Shown: in pieces, positions 30,112-39,426 of the stretch | How positions within the stretch are numbered: the stretch's first letter is position 1 | Layout: every line of letters begins with the position of its first letter | Assembly: GCA_044347425.1 (NCBI GenBank) | Contig: JBIKUS010000002.1 | Location: forward strand, 1 to 50,116 | Length of the DNA: 50,116 nucleotides | Origin: Vampirovibrionales bacterium | GTDB lineage: Bacteria > Cyanobacteriota > Vampirovibrionia > Vampirovibrionales > JAJTHC01 | Direction: 5' to 3' | Made by a program: the position numbers and the translations under genes | Notes under the pieces: generated by a model | What the model was told of the DNA's origin: nothing | Seen by the model: the letters and a program-made list of their open reading frames with translations, nothing else | Database searches by the model: none

Positions 30112-30144
30112 CTAGGGTGATGCCTGTTGCCCCAGTTGAAAAGG
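30112..30144 (+). promoter_or_regulatory. candidate preQ1-I riboswitch in the queF leader
   Basis: The 33-nt CUAGGGUGAUGCCUGUUGCCCCAGUUGAAAAGG has a P1 of CU(A)GGG / CCCAG, a C before the P1 3' strand, and an A-rich tail running into the AAGG Shine-Dalgarno 13 nt before the queF ATG. It resembles the Thermoanaerobacter preQ1-I aptamer as I recall it. Confidence 0.4.
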
Positions 30145-30156
30145 TAAACTACCTTT

Positions 30157-30585
30157 ATGAGCGATGCCTTGACACCTCCCCCCTTGCCTACCGAACCTTC
30201 TGTTGCCTTATTGGACACGTGGCCAAACGCCTACGCCGACAGAGACTATATCATTCACGTAGACGTACCCGAGTTTACCAGCGTTTGCCCTAAAACGGGT
30301 CTGCCAGATTTTGGCACCATCACCATTGATTACGTCCCTGGCGATGTGTGCGTGGAGCTAAAAGCCTTTAAATACTACATGCTAGCCTACCGCAACTTTG
30401 GCATGTTTTACGAGAGCATCACCAACCGCATTGCCGACGACCTGATGGCCGTGGCACAACCCCGTTGGCTACGGGTACGTAGCGATTTTTTACCCCGAGG
30501 CGGCATTAGCACGCAAGCCGTGGTGGTGCTAAGCCAGCCAGGCTACACCCTGCCCGATGAGTTAGTACAGGCATTGGCCGTTTAA
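30157..30585 (+). CDS. queF: NADPH-dependent 7-cyano-7-deazaguanine reductase (QueF, type I)
   Basis: EFTSVCPKTGLPDFGTITIDY and ELKAFKYY...FYE motifs. Confidence 0.9.
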   Translation: MSDALTPPPLPTEPSVALLDTWPNAYADRDYIIHVDVPEFTSVCPKTGLPDFGTITIDYVPGDVCVELKAFKYYMLAYRNFGMFYESITNRIADDLMAVAQPRWLRVRSDFLPRGGISTQAVVVLSQPGYTLPDELVQALAV

Positions 30586-30683
30586 TTAAAGCTGGCTTAC
30601 ACTTGGTTGTGGGCTATGTTTTAGATAAAGTAAGAGCGTTGTCTCTCACTTTTGCACCCGCAACCCTTTAAGGATACCGCCCC

Positions 30684-31355
30684 ATGCGTTTATTTATTGA
30701 CAGTGCCGATCTCGCCGAAATTCGTGAAGCCGCCTCTTGGGGTGTCGTTTCGGGTGTGACCACTAACCCAACCTTGCTTGCCAAAAATGGCAACCGTGAC
30801 GTTAAAAGCGTCATTAAAGAAATTTGCGAATTGGTGCCAGAAGGCCCCGTCAGCATGGAAGTCGTCAGCGAAGATGCAGAGGGCATGATTGCCGAAGGCC
30901 GTGACTTCGTTACTTGGGCGGATAACGTCATTGTTAAAATCCCCTTTGGTATTGAAGGCATGAAGGCCGTTAAGCAACTTAACGCCGAAGGCATTTTAAC
31001 CAACGTCACCTTGGTATTTTCTACCAACCAAGCCTTGTTGGCCGCCAATGCCGGTGCCAGCTTCATCAGTATTTTTGCTGGCCGTTTAGATGATATTGGC
31101 CAAAACGGCGTTGATGTGGTACGTGATACCGTGACCATGCTGAACACCTACGAGATGGATAGCCTTGTGTTAGCCGCCAGTATTCGTCACCCCCAACACG
31201 TGCAAGCCTGTGTTGAAGTGGGTGCCGACGTGGCCACCATCCCCTTTAAAGTGCTGAAGCAACTCTACAGCCACCCTTTAACCACCGCTGGCCTTGAAGC
31301 CTTCACTAAAGACTGGCAAGCCATGCAACAACAACCCGCAGCTTGTGCTGTTTAA
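30684..31355 (+). CDS. tal: transaldolase / fructose-6-phosphate aldolase (short Tal/Fsa type)
   Basis: MRLFIDSADLAEIREA...GVTTNPTL and VIVKIP motifs. The C-terminal extension ends QQPAACAV. Confidence 0.9.
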   Translation: MRLFIDSADLAEIREAASWGVVSGVTTNPTLLAKNGNRDVKSVIKEICELVPEGPVSMEVVSEDAEGMIAEGRDFVTWADNVIVKIPFGIEGMKAVKQLNAEGILTNVTLVFSTNQALLAANAGASFISIFAGRLDDIGQNGVDVVRDTVTMLNTYEMDSLVLAASIRHPQHVQACVEVGADVATIPFKVLKQLYSHPLTTAGLEAFTKDWQAMQQQPAACAV

Positions 31356-31364
31356 GGGCTCGCC

Positions 31365-32345
31365 TTGCAAAGCGTAGCAGAGTCGATTCAACAGGCTGCT
31401 CCCCCTCCTTGGGTGGAGTGGCCTGTTGTGGTATCGCCTTGGGGAATTGAAAAGGGAGCTGAAAGTGTCGCCAATGGTGATGCCTCTGCCAAGCCCCTGC
31501 CTTATGGCCTGCAAGCCCACACCGATAAACCTTTTGGCTTACAACCCCATGCGGGCAAGCTGCAAGAGGTCTTTGCCTCCGTGCAAGGCGAAGGGCCTTA
31601 TGTGGGCGTGAGACAAGCGTTTGTGCGCCTCGCCCACTGCCATTTGCATTGCGCCTATTGCGATACCACCATGACGACCCCCACAGGGGGGTGTTACGTA
31701 CAAGGTTTCCCCACCGATGGCTACCCCCCCCTGTGGTACGAAACCCCTAACCCCGTTACCGCCGAAACGCTGGTGGCCTGCCTTGAGGCTTACCATGCCC
31801 AAGCCCCTTTACACAGCGTTAGCCTAACAGGTGGCGAACCCCTACTCCAAGCCGAGTGGTTGGCGACGCATTTGTTGCCTCTGCTACGCACCACCCTACC
31901 CACCGTGGGCGTTTACCTTGAAACCAGCGGAACCCAACCCCACTTACTTGCTAAAGTCTTACCTTGGCTCACCGTGGTATCTATGGATGTGAAGCTGGCA
32001 TCGGCCACGGGGCAACCCACGCCTTGGCAGCAACACACGGCCTTTGCTAACGCTTGCCTTCAAGCCGAAACACCTCCCCACCTCATCCTCAAAGCCGTCG
32101 TCAACGAAACGACACAGCCCGCCGAATTGGCTCCGTTATTGGCGTGGGCCAGTACCCTTACAGCCCAGCAACGGCACCACACCACCCTCCTCATCCAACC
32201 CGAAACTCGCCTTACCTTTAAAGCCAATAAGCCCCTGTTACGAGGTACGCCCCAGCAGTGGGCGCAACACCAAGCCTTGTTATTACAGGCCTTTAGCGAT
32301 GTTCGTATCATACCCCAAGTGCATAAATGGCTCAGTGTAAGCTAG
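31365..32345 (+). CDS. queE: 7-carboxy-7-deazaguanine synthase (radical SAM QueE)
   Basis: FASVQGEGPYVGVRQAFVRLAHCHLHCAYCDT (CxxxCxxC variant). The ~60-aa N-terminal extension depends on TTG start 31365, so the true start is uncertain. Confidence 0.8.
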   Translation: MQSVAESIQQAAPPPWVEWPVVVSPWGIEKGAESVANGDASAKPLPYGLQAHTDKPFGLQPHAGKLQEVFASVQGEGPYVGVRQAFVRLAHCHLHCAYCDTTMTTPTGGCYVQGFPTDGYPPLWYETPNPVTAETLVACLEAYHAQAPLHSVSLTGGEPLLQAEWLATHLLPLLRTTLPTVGVYLETSGTQPHLLAKVLPWLTVVSMDVKLASATGQPTPWQQHTAFANACLQAETPPHLILKAVVNETTQPAELAPLLAWASTLTAQQRHHTTLLIQPETRLTFKANKPLLRGTPQQWAQHQALLLQAFSDVRIIPQVHKWLSVS

Positions 32346-32448
32346 GCCGTTTCATCAAAACCAACTTGCGACTTTGCATAAAACAGCGTCGCTGTTTGAA
32401 GTATACTAAATTTGCATAATAAGGTATTGTTGTACACGGCTACCTTAA

Positions 32449-33909
32449 TTGTTGCTACCACCACTCGTTAATCACACCTCGTACCCCTGTGCAACCCCCT
32501 GTAGGATGCCCCCACTTATGACGGCCACCTTAATGACGACGCAATCCGCCCATCAGTCCGTATCCTCTGCCACAACTGGTGAGCAGTCCACCCAGCTCAC
32601 AACGCCACCACAGCAGCCTAGCCGTTGGCAACGCTGGTGCAGCCAGTGGGTACTTAAGCACCTTGCCCGTTGCAACCGAGGCCAACTGACCCTTACCCTA
32701 CCCAACGGCCAAAGCCACACCTTTGGCGAGCCGAACACACAAGCCCTTGCCGCCGACCCCGACGCTATTACCGCCACGCTCAACGTGAAGGATTGGGCGT
32801 TTTTTACCAGCCTTATTCTTGGTGGGCATATTGGCGGGGGCGAAAGTTACGTAGCTGGCCATTGGGATTCGCCCAAGCTGGCTAAGGTGCTGGGGTGGTT
32901 TATCCTCAACGCCAACGCCCTGTTTATCTTTAACGAAACCCCCACGCACCCATGGTGGGGCAAAGTGACGCAAAAACTGGCTGGCCTTGGGCATGGCCAC
33001 GGCCACACCTCCTATGCCGAAGCGGCGCAACACATACGGGCGCATTACGACTTGGGCAACGATTTTTTTAAGCTGATGCTCGACCCCAGCATGACGTATT
33101 CGTCTGCCCTGTTTACCCACCCCGAACAACCGCTGATGGATGCCCAACTAGCCAAGTACGACTCGCTTTGCCAAAGCCTACGTTTACAAGCAGGGCAGCA
33201 CCTGCTCGAAATTGGCAGCGGTTGGGGCGGTATGGCCTGCTATGCGGCCAAAAAGTATGGCGTTAAGGTGACGACCGTTACGCTGTCGCCTAGCCAACAC
33301 GCTTACGCTACGGCATGGGTAAAACAGCTTGGGCTGGCCGATAGGGTGGAGATTAAACTCCTCGACTTTCGCAAGTTGACAGGCCAGTACGATGCGATTG
33401 TCTCTATTGAGATGATAGAAGCCCTTGGCGATAAGCACTACGAAGCTTTTTTTGCCCAGTGCCACAAATTACTCAAACCCACGGGGCTGCTAGGCATACA
33501 AGCCATCACCTGCCCAGATAACCGCTACCCTCTGCTCAAAAACAACGTGGATTTCATCCAAAAGCACATCTTCCCAGGCTCCCTCATCCCCAGTGTAGGG
33601 CGGCTTAACCAAGCCATGGCCAAAGTCAGCGATTTCTCGTTGCTTGAGCTAAAGGATATGGCCAGCAGCTACGCCCTTACCCTACAACGGTGGGACGATG
33701 CCATTGCCGAAGAACGTGAGACCATCCTTGGCCTTAAAGTCAACGAAGGCACCCCCTACACCGAGACGTTTTTGCGCCAATGGCACTACTATTTAATGTA
33801 CTGTAAAGCGGCCTTTGTGTTGCGTCATCTAAGCGTGGCTCAATTTTTATATGGCCGCCCTAACTGCCCCGCCCTCAGTGGCACCACCCCATGGGAACAA
33901 CGCCTCTAA
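32449..33909 (+). CDS. cfa: cyclopropane-fatty-acyl-phospholipid synthase family SAM methyltransferase
   Basis: HYDLGNDFFKLMLDPSMTYSSALF and LLEIGSGWGGMA motifs. The N-terminal ~60 aa and the start are uncertain. Confidence 0.85.
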   Translation: MLLPPLVNHTSYPCATPCRMPPLMTATLMTTQSAHQSVSSATTGEQSTQLTTPPQQPSRWQRWCSQWVLKHLARCNRGQLTLTLPNGQSHTFGEPNTQALAADPDAITATLNVKDWAFFTSLILGGHIGGGESYVAGHWDSPKLAKVLGWFILNANALFIFNETPTHPWWGKVTQKLAGLGHGHGHTSYAEAAQHIRAHYDLGNDFFKLMLDPSMTYSSALFTHPEQPLMDAQLAKYDSLCQSLRLQAGQHLLEIGSGWGGMACYAAKKYGVKVTTVTLSPSQHAYATAWVKQLGLADRVEIKLLDFRKLTGQYDAIVSIEMIEALGDKHYEAFFAQCHKLLKPTGLLGIQAITCPDNRYPLLKNNVDFIQKHIFPGSLIPSVGRLNQAMAKVSDFSLLELKDMASSYALTLQRWDDAIAEERETILGLKVNEGTPYTETFLRQWHYYLMYCKAAFVLRHLSVAQFLYGRPNCPALSGTTPWEQRL

Positions 33910-34277
33910 TGTCAACCACCTCTCTACAAACTGTCCCCCGCTGGCTACGGCCGTTATTGCTGGTGGTCACGCTACTACTGTTTGCCTTGGCCGTTGCCAC
34001 AGAGATCTCTCAGCCCTTGTTTGAACTACCCCAAGCCGTGGCCGATGCGCCTTGGCTGTGGTATAGCATGGTTGATTTTTATGCTGCTGCCATGGTGTTT
34101 TGGCTATGGCTGTGTGGCAAAGAAGCAAGAGTAGCTAGCCGTGTGCTGTGGTTGCTACTGATTGTTGGCCTAGGTAGCATGGCCATCACCGCTTACTTGT
34201 GGTGGTTATTGTGCCGATACCCTGCGGGTACGCCCTTGGCAACCGTGGTTGCATGGGGCGATACCTCTCATGAGTGA
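33909..34277 (+). CDS. small integral membrane protein (possibly DUF1475-type)
   Basis: Four TM segments. ATG 33909 overlaps the cfa stop (TAATG). This type is commonly found beside cfa-like genes, from memory. Confidence 0.5.
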   Translation: MSTTSLQTVPRWLRPLLLVVTLLLFALAVATEISQPLFELPQAVADAPWLWYSMVDFYAAAMVFWLWLCGKEARVASRVLWLLLIVGLGSMAITAYLWWLLCRYPAGTPLATVVAWGDTSHE

Positions 34278-35103
34278 AGCTACTTTAGTTTGGCTCCCTT
34301 GGTATGGTTGGCTGATAGCCGCCGTTTTTGGATGGTTTGGCTTAGCGTACCTCCTCTGCCTAAAAACCGACAACGCTACGTGGGCAGATGTAGCTTGGGG
34401 GAGCAGCCTACCGTTAATAACGCTCCTTACTACTTGGTTTTTACGTGGTTCACTCCCTTTTAACCCGTTAACGCTGACCCTTATTGCCTTGCCTACGCTC
34501 ATGTATCTACGGCTAGGTGCTTATATCTTGTGGCGAGTCCTGACTCACCCCGAAAAAGAAGACCCCCGCTATACTCGCTTTAAAGAGCAAGTTAAGGACA
34601 ACGTCCCCCTTGGCCTTGCGTGGGCGTATGGCCTGCAAGCTACCCTCATGCTGGTGATGATGACCCCATGGGTCGTTTATATCAGCCAAAACCCTAGGTT
34701 GTTGTACATTGGTAACACGCAAGCATGGGGTTGTATCGCCTTACTACTACTAGGCTTCATTGGCGAAACCATCGCCGACGGGCAACTGACCCGCTTTAAA
34801 CACCAGCAAGCCAACCTATCGCCAGAACAACGCCAAGCTGTGTGCGATACTGGCTTATGGGGCTTCTCTCGGCACCCTAACTACTTTTTTCAATGGGTGT
34901 TTTGGTGTGGCATTGCAGGCTTAGGCTTTCTCTCCCCCCTCGGCTGGTGGAGCGTCCTACCTCCGCTGGTGATGCTCTACTTTTTAGTCTACGGCACAGG
35001 TATCAAACCCACCGAAGCCCTTGCCGTTGAGCGTAAAGGCGATGCCTACCGAGACTATCAACGCCGAGTGAGTCCATTCGTCCCGTGGTGGCCAAAGGCT
35101 TAA
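34270..35103 (+). CDS. DUF1295 / steroid-5-alpha-reductase-like membrane protein
   Basis: GLWGFSRHPNYFFQW motif. ATG 34270 overlaps the upstream stop by 8 bp. The ORF track's TTG 34249 is an alternative. Confidence 0.6.
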   Translation: MSEATLVWLPWYGWLIAAVFGWFGLAYLLCLKTDNATWADVAWGSSLPLITLLTTWFLRGSLPFNPLTLTLIALPTLMYLRLGAYILWRVLTHPEKEDPRYTRFKEQVKDNVPLGLAWAYGLQATLMLVMMTPWVVYISQNPRLLYIGNTQAWGCIALLLLGFIGETIADGQLTRFKHQQANLSPEQRQAVCDTGLWGFSRHPNYFFQWVFWCGIAGLGFLSPLGWWSVLPPLVMLYFLVYGTGIKPTEALAVERKGDAYRDYQRRVSPFVPWWPKA

Positions 35104-35206
35104 GCTTTAAAGGTTCAAAAATGTGGGCTTTTGGGTTTAATGCTTTTAAAGGCGAGTTATCGCCCCTTGCACCACCCCCCGAGAGAGTTTTTGAGCAACC
35201 GTTCGT

Positions 35207-35938
35207 ATGGATGTCACCACCGCTTCTGCTCCACAACTGGCCACCATGTGGCCGTTAAGCTATGGCGTTGCCCCTAGCGATAACATGCGCTACCGCTGGG
35301 CAGACGAGTTACGGTTGGATTCGACCCCCGAACGCTTGGAATACTTACAACACCGTGCGCCTACCTATCAGCTAGACGAGTACCTGAACCGCAAACCGCC
35401 ACCCGTCCCCCAAAGTACGCAACCCAAGTGGCACGCCCAGCCTTGGAAGGAAGCCGCCAAAGTGGCAACCACCGTTGTCGCCAGCGGGCTGGCAGGCTTA
35501 GCCTTAGGCCCATGGGGAGCCATGGCTGTGGGAGCTGCCGTAGCAGGTAGCCTTTCGGCCGTGGATACGAAACAAACGCTCGGCAACGTGCGCTGGCGAC
35601 AAGTGTTGCTTGACGGTGCTTTAGGTGCCACGGCAGGCTTGGCACGGGTCGGCTGGTGGGTTGCTAAACTGCTACCCAGCGGTGCGGGTGTCGCCAGTGG
35701 TATCGCTAAGGGAGCCATACAGGCAGGCGTGAACGGTGGCTTGTTAGGCTCGGCGCAAGGGGCTACTAGCCACGCATGGCAACAGGCCGATGCTCAACAG
35801 GTGCAATCGCCGCAAGGGATGCTACAGGCAGGTGTGGCAGTGGGTTGGCGAGCTGCTACCATGGCGGCTGCTGCTGGGGCGATGCTACAAGGTGGCTTGG
35901 CCGCATTAGCGCAAGGGCTGACGAAGTTAAGGGGTTAG
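35207..35938 (+). CDS. hypothetical Gly/Ala-rich membrane-associated protein
   Basis: 243-aa ORF with glycine-zipper-like GxxxG/A stretches. I recognise no family. Confidence 0.5.
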   Translation: MDVTTASAPQLATMWPLSYGVAPSDNMRYRWADELRLDSTPERLEYLQHRAPTYQLDEYLNRKPPPVPQSTQPKWHAQPWKEAAKVATTVVASGLAGLALGPWGAMAVGAAVAGSLSAVDTKQTLGNVRWRQVLLDGALGATAGLARVGWWVAKLLPSGAGVASGIAKGAIQAGVNGGLLGSAQGATSHAWQQADAQQVQSPQGMLQAGVAVGWRAATMAAAAGAMLQGGLAALAQGLTKLRG

Positions 35939-36016
35939 GCAATTGCTTGGCTGTTAGGGTTTAGTTAGAGGGTGCCTTTGGCTATTACCCGGTTTTGTTT
36001 TATAAAGTGATACCCT

Positions 36017-36490
36017 ATGATGACGACCCTTACCCCTTTTGCTTTAACACCCTCCGCTACCCGAGTGCAAACGCCACGCCCTCAAGCTAATTTTGGTGAA
36101 ATCTATATTCATTTGCCCAGTGCATATTTGAATCCAAGAGACGCACAAAAATTGTTGATGGAAGTTAAACACAGGCTTTCAGCGAGTCGGGATACCTATT
36201 TCCCCAAGCATGATTATTTTCATAAAGAAGATTTAACAGGTGGTACTCACTTATTTGTAGGTAAAAATGAATTAACCACAGAAAATGAAGGCACAATCTA
36301 TCGTGCCTTAGCTGGGGTCAGTGCTTCTTATAAAAATGCAACCGTTGAGCAAATGACAACAGAGAAGTTAAACACAAAATATCAAGAGGTTACCAACCCA
36401 GCCCCTGCCCAAGTGCAACAACCTGAAAAGCTAAGAGATGATCAAAAGAGAACAGGATTTTTTGGCCTCGGTCCAAGTCGGCATCGGTAA
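36017..36490 (+). CDS. hypothetical protein
   Basis: 157-aa ORF. AT-richer. I recognise no family. Confidence 0.45.
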   Translation: MMTTLTPFALTPSATRVQTPRPQANFGEIYIHLPSAYLNPRDAQKLLMEVKHRLSASRDTYFPKHDYFHKEDLTGGTHLFVGKNELTTENEGTIYRALAGVSASYKNATVEQMTTEKLNTKYQEVTNPAPAQVQQPEKLRDDQKRTGFFGLGPSRHR

Positions 36491-36493
36491 CCC

Positions 36494-38398
36494 CTAGCCC
36501 AGCCCCTGCAAAGCAGGCAACGAAGCCAGTAACGTGTTGAGCTGTGCCACGACTTGCAAATCGCCAGCGGTGGTGGCCACGGCCAAGCCTTGCTTAGCCA
36601 CCGCCTCTGCCTGAGCCGTTTGCTGCAACCCTAACAACGCCGTAGCCAGTTGAGCATACGCCTTACTATGCTTGGGCGACACCGCCACGGTTTGCTCCAA
36701 ATACGTTACCGCCTGCTGGTACTGCCCCAAGCTAAAATAGGTAGTGCCTAACCCATACAACGCCAACGCATCGTTAGGTGCAACGCTTAGGGCGTGTTGT
36801 AACAGCTCGGCACGTTGCTCCAGCGTGGCACGTTGTTCGGGGCTGAGGCTCGTCTCTTCGGGCGGTGGGGCGGTGGACGAGGCTTGGCCAGAGGCTTGTT
36901 TTTTGGCCATGGCAGCCTGCATGGCCAAGCGCATGGTCAACCTTGTAGCCTCGGCTTTGTAGGTTTCCGCCGTCTCTTTGTCGCCCAGTTGGGCATAACA
37001 CAACGAAAGGTTACTGTAGGCCATAACGGCATTGGGCTGTTGAGCCTGCCACGCCTTTAGCACGGCAATGGCCTCGTGGGTACGCCCCAATCGACCCAGC
37101 ACCACGCCCTTACTCTCAAGAGCTGGCCAACACGTGGGGTGCAGGGCAAGGGCTTCGTCTAACAAGGCCAAAGCCTCGTCGCCTTGATCGGCAAGGTAGC
37201 AGGCCGTGGCTTGCCGATGCAACGCTAAGGCTTGCGTCTCAACATTATCGCTTTCGCTTTCTAACGTCTCTAGCGTGGCCTGTTGCCACCACGCAGTGGG
37301 CAAAGGGAAGCTGGCCACCTGCTGAGACACCACCTCGCCTGCCCCTTGTACCACCAACGGTGTGTCGGGGGTGCGATAGGCTCGTTTAAGCAACGCTAAG
37401 CCTAGCCACGGCCTTGTGGCACCCACAGGTAAGGGTGCAAGGGTCGGCAGATGCTCAAGTGAGACAAGTTGCCCCGCCTGTTGGCCATCGGCCGTGCAAA
37501 TAAGGGGGAGGTGTTGACCCACTGCGAAGGGTAAGGCATCAGCGGGTAGGGGGCAAGTCTCCCACAGCACGGCCAAGAGGCGTTTGGGTACGTTGCCGTA
37601 GGTGTGCAGCTTGGCAACCGTCTCTTGGCCTAGGTAACAGCCCTTGGTGGTACTTACGGCCAAGGGTTCTACCCCAAGGGCGGGTAGCAAGGTGTCGGCA
37701 TCCCATTCGCCTTGGGCAAACGAGGCCACCCCACCCACATGCTGCCATGCCGTAGCCTGTTGTGGGCTGAGCCACTGATGCTGGGCAAGAGCTTCAGTTA
37801 AGCTGGTCTCTGCCGCTAGCGGGAGCAAGTACAAGGCGCAAGGGAGCGATGCTTGTTGTGTCAGCCAACCCCACGCCATAAACGGTGAATCAAGGCGTGC
37901 GGGTAAGTTAAAACCCTCTTTAACCAGAAGCGCATCTTCGCCTCTCCCCTCGGGAGAGGCAGCTACGGGAGTAGCGGGTGAGGGACGACCAAAAGACACC
38001 GAAACATGGCTGTCCCTCACCCTTCCCTCTCCCGAAGGGAGAGGGTGGGAAGTGGGTAACTCGCCTAACTCCCCTAAACTAGCCAACAAGGCCATGGGGG
38101 GTAGCAGGGTAAAACGCACGTCCTTGGTAATCACAAAACGGTTCAACTCGTGTAGCAAAGTCTCGGCCGTGGCGGTTTCGGTTAGCAGCAGAAAGGTGTC
38201 GTCGGCAAGGCAATAAAGGTCAAACAAGGCACGCAATTCGGCCTTGCGTTCTAGCACGGCGTTCAGTTGGTGTTGGCCTACGGCAAGGTGGGTCACATCG
38301 TTACAGCTACGCCGATGCAGGTAGTTACGGGCATCGGTGCCTGTGGCCAGCACAAGGCTAAGGCGGTGGTGTTGCCAGCAGAGTAAGGTGGGCGACAT
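36494..38398 (-). CDS. YgfZ/GcvT-like folate-binding domain fused to C-terminal TPR repeats
   Basis: TTKGCYLGQETVAKLHTYG matches the KGCYxGQE signature. The C-terminal ~250 aa are TPR-like. A ~106-bp palindromic repeat element is translated in frame near the N-terminal third. Confidence 0.6.
   Translation of the reverse strand: MSPTLLCWQHHRLSLVLATGTDARNYLHRRSCNDVTHLAVGQHQLNAVLERKAELRALFDLYCLADDTFLLLTETATAETLLHELNRFVITKDVRFTLLPPMALLASLGELGELPTSHPLPSGEGRVRDSHVSVSFGRPSPATPVAASPEGRGEDALLVKEGFNLPARLDSPFMAWGWLTQQASLPCALYLLPLAAETSLTEALAQHQWLSPQQATAWQHVGGVASFAQGEWDADTLLPALGVEPLAVSTTKGCYLGQETVAKLHTYGNVPKRLLAVLWETCPLPADALPFAVGQHLPLICTADGQQAGQLVSLEHLPTLAPLPVGATRPWLGLALLKRAYRTPDTPLVVQGAGEVVSQQVASFPLPTAWWQQATLETLESESDNVETQALALHRQATACYLADQGDEALALLDEALALHPTCWPALESKGVVLGRLGRTHEAIAVLKAWQAQQPNAVMAYSNLSLCYAQLGDKETAETYKAEATRLTMRLAMQAAMAKKQASGQASSTAPPPEETSLSPEQRATLEQRAELLQHALSVAPNDALALYGLGTTYFSLGQYQQAVTYLEQTVAVSPKHSKAYAQLATALLGLQQTAQAEAVAKQGLAVATTAGDLQVVAQLNTLLASLPALQGLG
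37940..38045. repeat. composite GC-rich palindromic element (copy A), inside a CDS
   Basis: Hairpin GCCTCTCCC-CTC-GGGAGAGGC, then inverted arms GGGTGAGGGAC / GTCCCTCACCC, then hairpin CCCTCTCCC-GAA-GGGAGAGGG. It is collinear with the reverse complement of 45770..45877. Confidence 0.85.
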
Positions 38399-38465
38399 GG
38401 GCGAGGCTCCTGTGTGGGGTCGTCAGTAAGGGATGCCTCTTAGTATGGCGGGTTTGCCCCCTGCT

Positions 38466-38500
38466 GTAAATAAAAAAGCCTTGGTGATAAAGCCAAGGCT
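38466..38500 (-). terminator. rho-independent terminator (minus strand)
   Basis: Minus strand reads AGCCTTGG-CTTTATCA-CCAAGGCT followed by TTTTTTATTT. It lies downstream of MITE-like copy 2 and 68 nt upstream of the ygfZ-like start. Confidence 0.6.
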
Positions 38501-38633
38501 AGGATAGAGAGATAGAGAAAGAAAGGTATTAGACACTTAAAGGGGATGAAACACAGGAAGAATTGATGAGAGCAAAGGGTGTAGAACAAAACAGCGTTAA
38601 TAAGTTGAAGGATAGGGGGCTGCCCTCTCTCTA

Positions 38634-38780
38634 ATAGCTGAACAGGAAGTGTTTGAAACGGATGCAGCTACTAGGAGCTTAGACTTGCAGCGACAGGAGT
38701 TTAGACAGAACTAAATGACTGAGCGAGAATCGTAGCGACAACGTAGATGCGCTGTAGCAAATACTTCATGTTTAGCTATA
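38634..38780 (-). mobile_element. MITE-like dispersed repeat, copy 2 (147 bp)
   Basis: Reverse-complement match to 20037..20213. It lies between the stop of 38806..39249 and the terminator at 38466..38500. Confidence 0.7.
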
Positions 38781-38805
38781 AAGAAAGAGGGAACATTAAA
38801 CGAGA

Positions 38806-39249
38806 CTAAGCGGGGACACCTTCTTGCGTGGGCTGAGGTGCGGTTGGCTCAGTAGGGGCGGCGGCGGGGGCAAAGGGGTCAGCGTTTGCGGTTGGCTCTT
38901 GCGCCACAGGGGGTTGTTGGCCAAGTTGCGAGGGGTCAACCGCAATACCTGCTTGTGACGCATCAGCAGGAGGGGCTTGTTGTAATTGGGCATAGGCCAG
39001 CATGGCTTGATCTAGTGCTGCTTGGTCAATGCCCGCTGGTGGAGCTTCAGCGCCTGCTGGTGGGGCAGGTTGAGCTGCCGTAGGGTCTGCAAACGGGTTG
39101 GCAAAGGTGTCTGGGGTCGTAGCCGTTAACGGCTGAGCGGTAGGGTCAAAAGCAGTGGGTTGCGCTTCGGTGCCTTGGGCTGGCAAAGGTTGAGCAGGTG
39201 GATAAGGTGTCAATTGGCTGGGTGTGTAAGCAGGTGCGCTAATGGCCAT
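38806..39249 (-). CDS. hypothetical Pro/Ala/Gln-rich low-complexity protein
   Basis: 147-aa ORF. Its composition bias makes coding status less certain. Confidence 0.4.
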   Translation of the reverse strand: MAISAPAYTPSQLTPYPPAQPLPAQGTEAQPTAFDPTAQPLTATTPDTFANPFADPTAAQPAPPAGAEAPPAGIDQAALDQAMLAYAQLQQAPPADASQAGIAVDPSQLGQQPPVAQEPTANADPFAPAAAPTEPTAPQPTQEGVPA

Positions 39250-39426
39250 GGGGTGTGTTTCCTTCTCTCTTGGGGAGTGGGTACGGTGGGGAAAAGTCTG
39301 GTATCAGGCAAGCCACCGTCGTCTGTTGGGGGGTGTGTCATTGCCTTACACTATCACTAAGCCCCCTCAATCCCTAAGCACGCTACTTTGTAACGCAATG
39401 TAAAGCCATAGTGCTAATAAGCTCGC

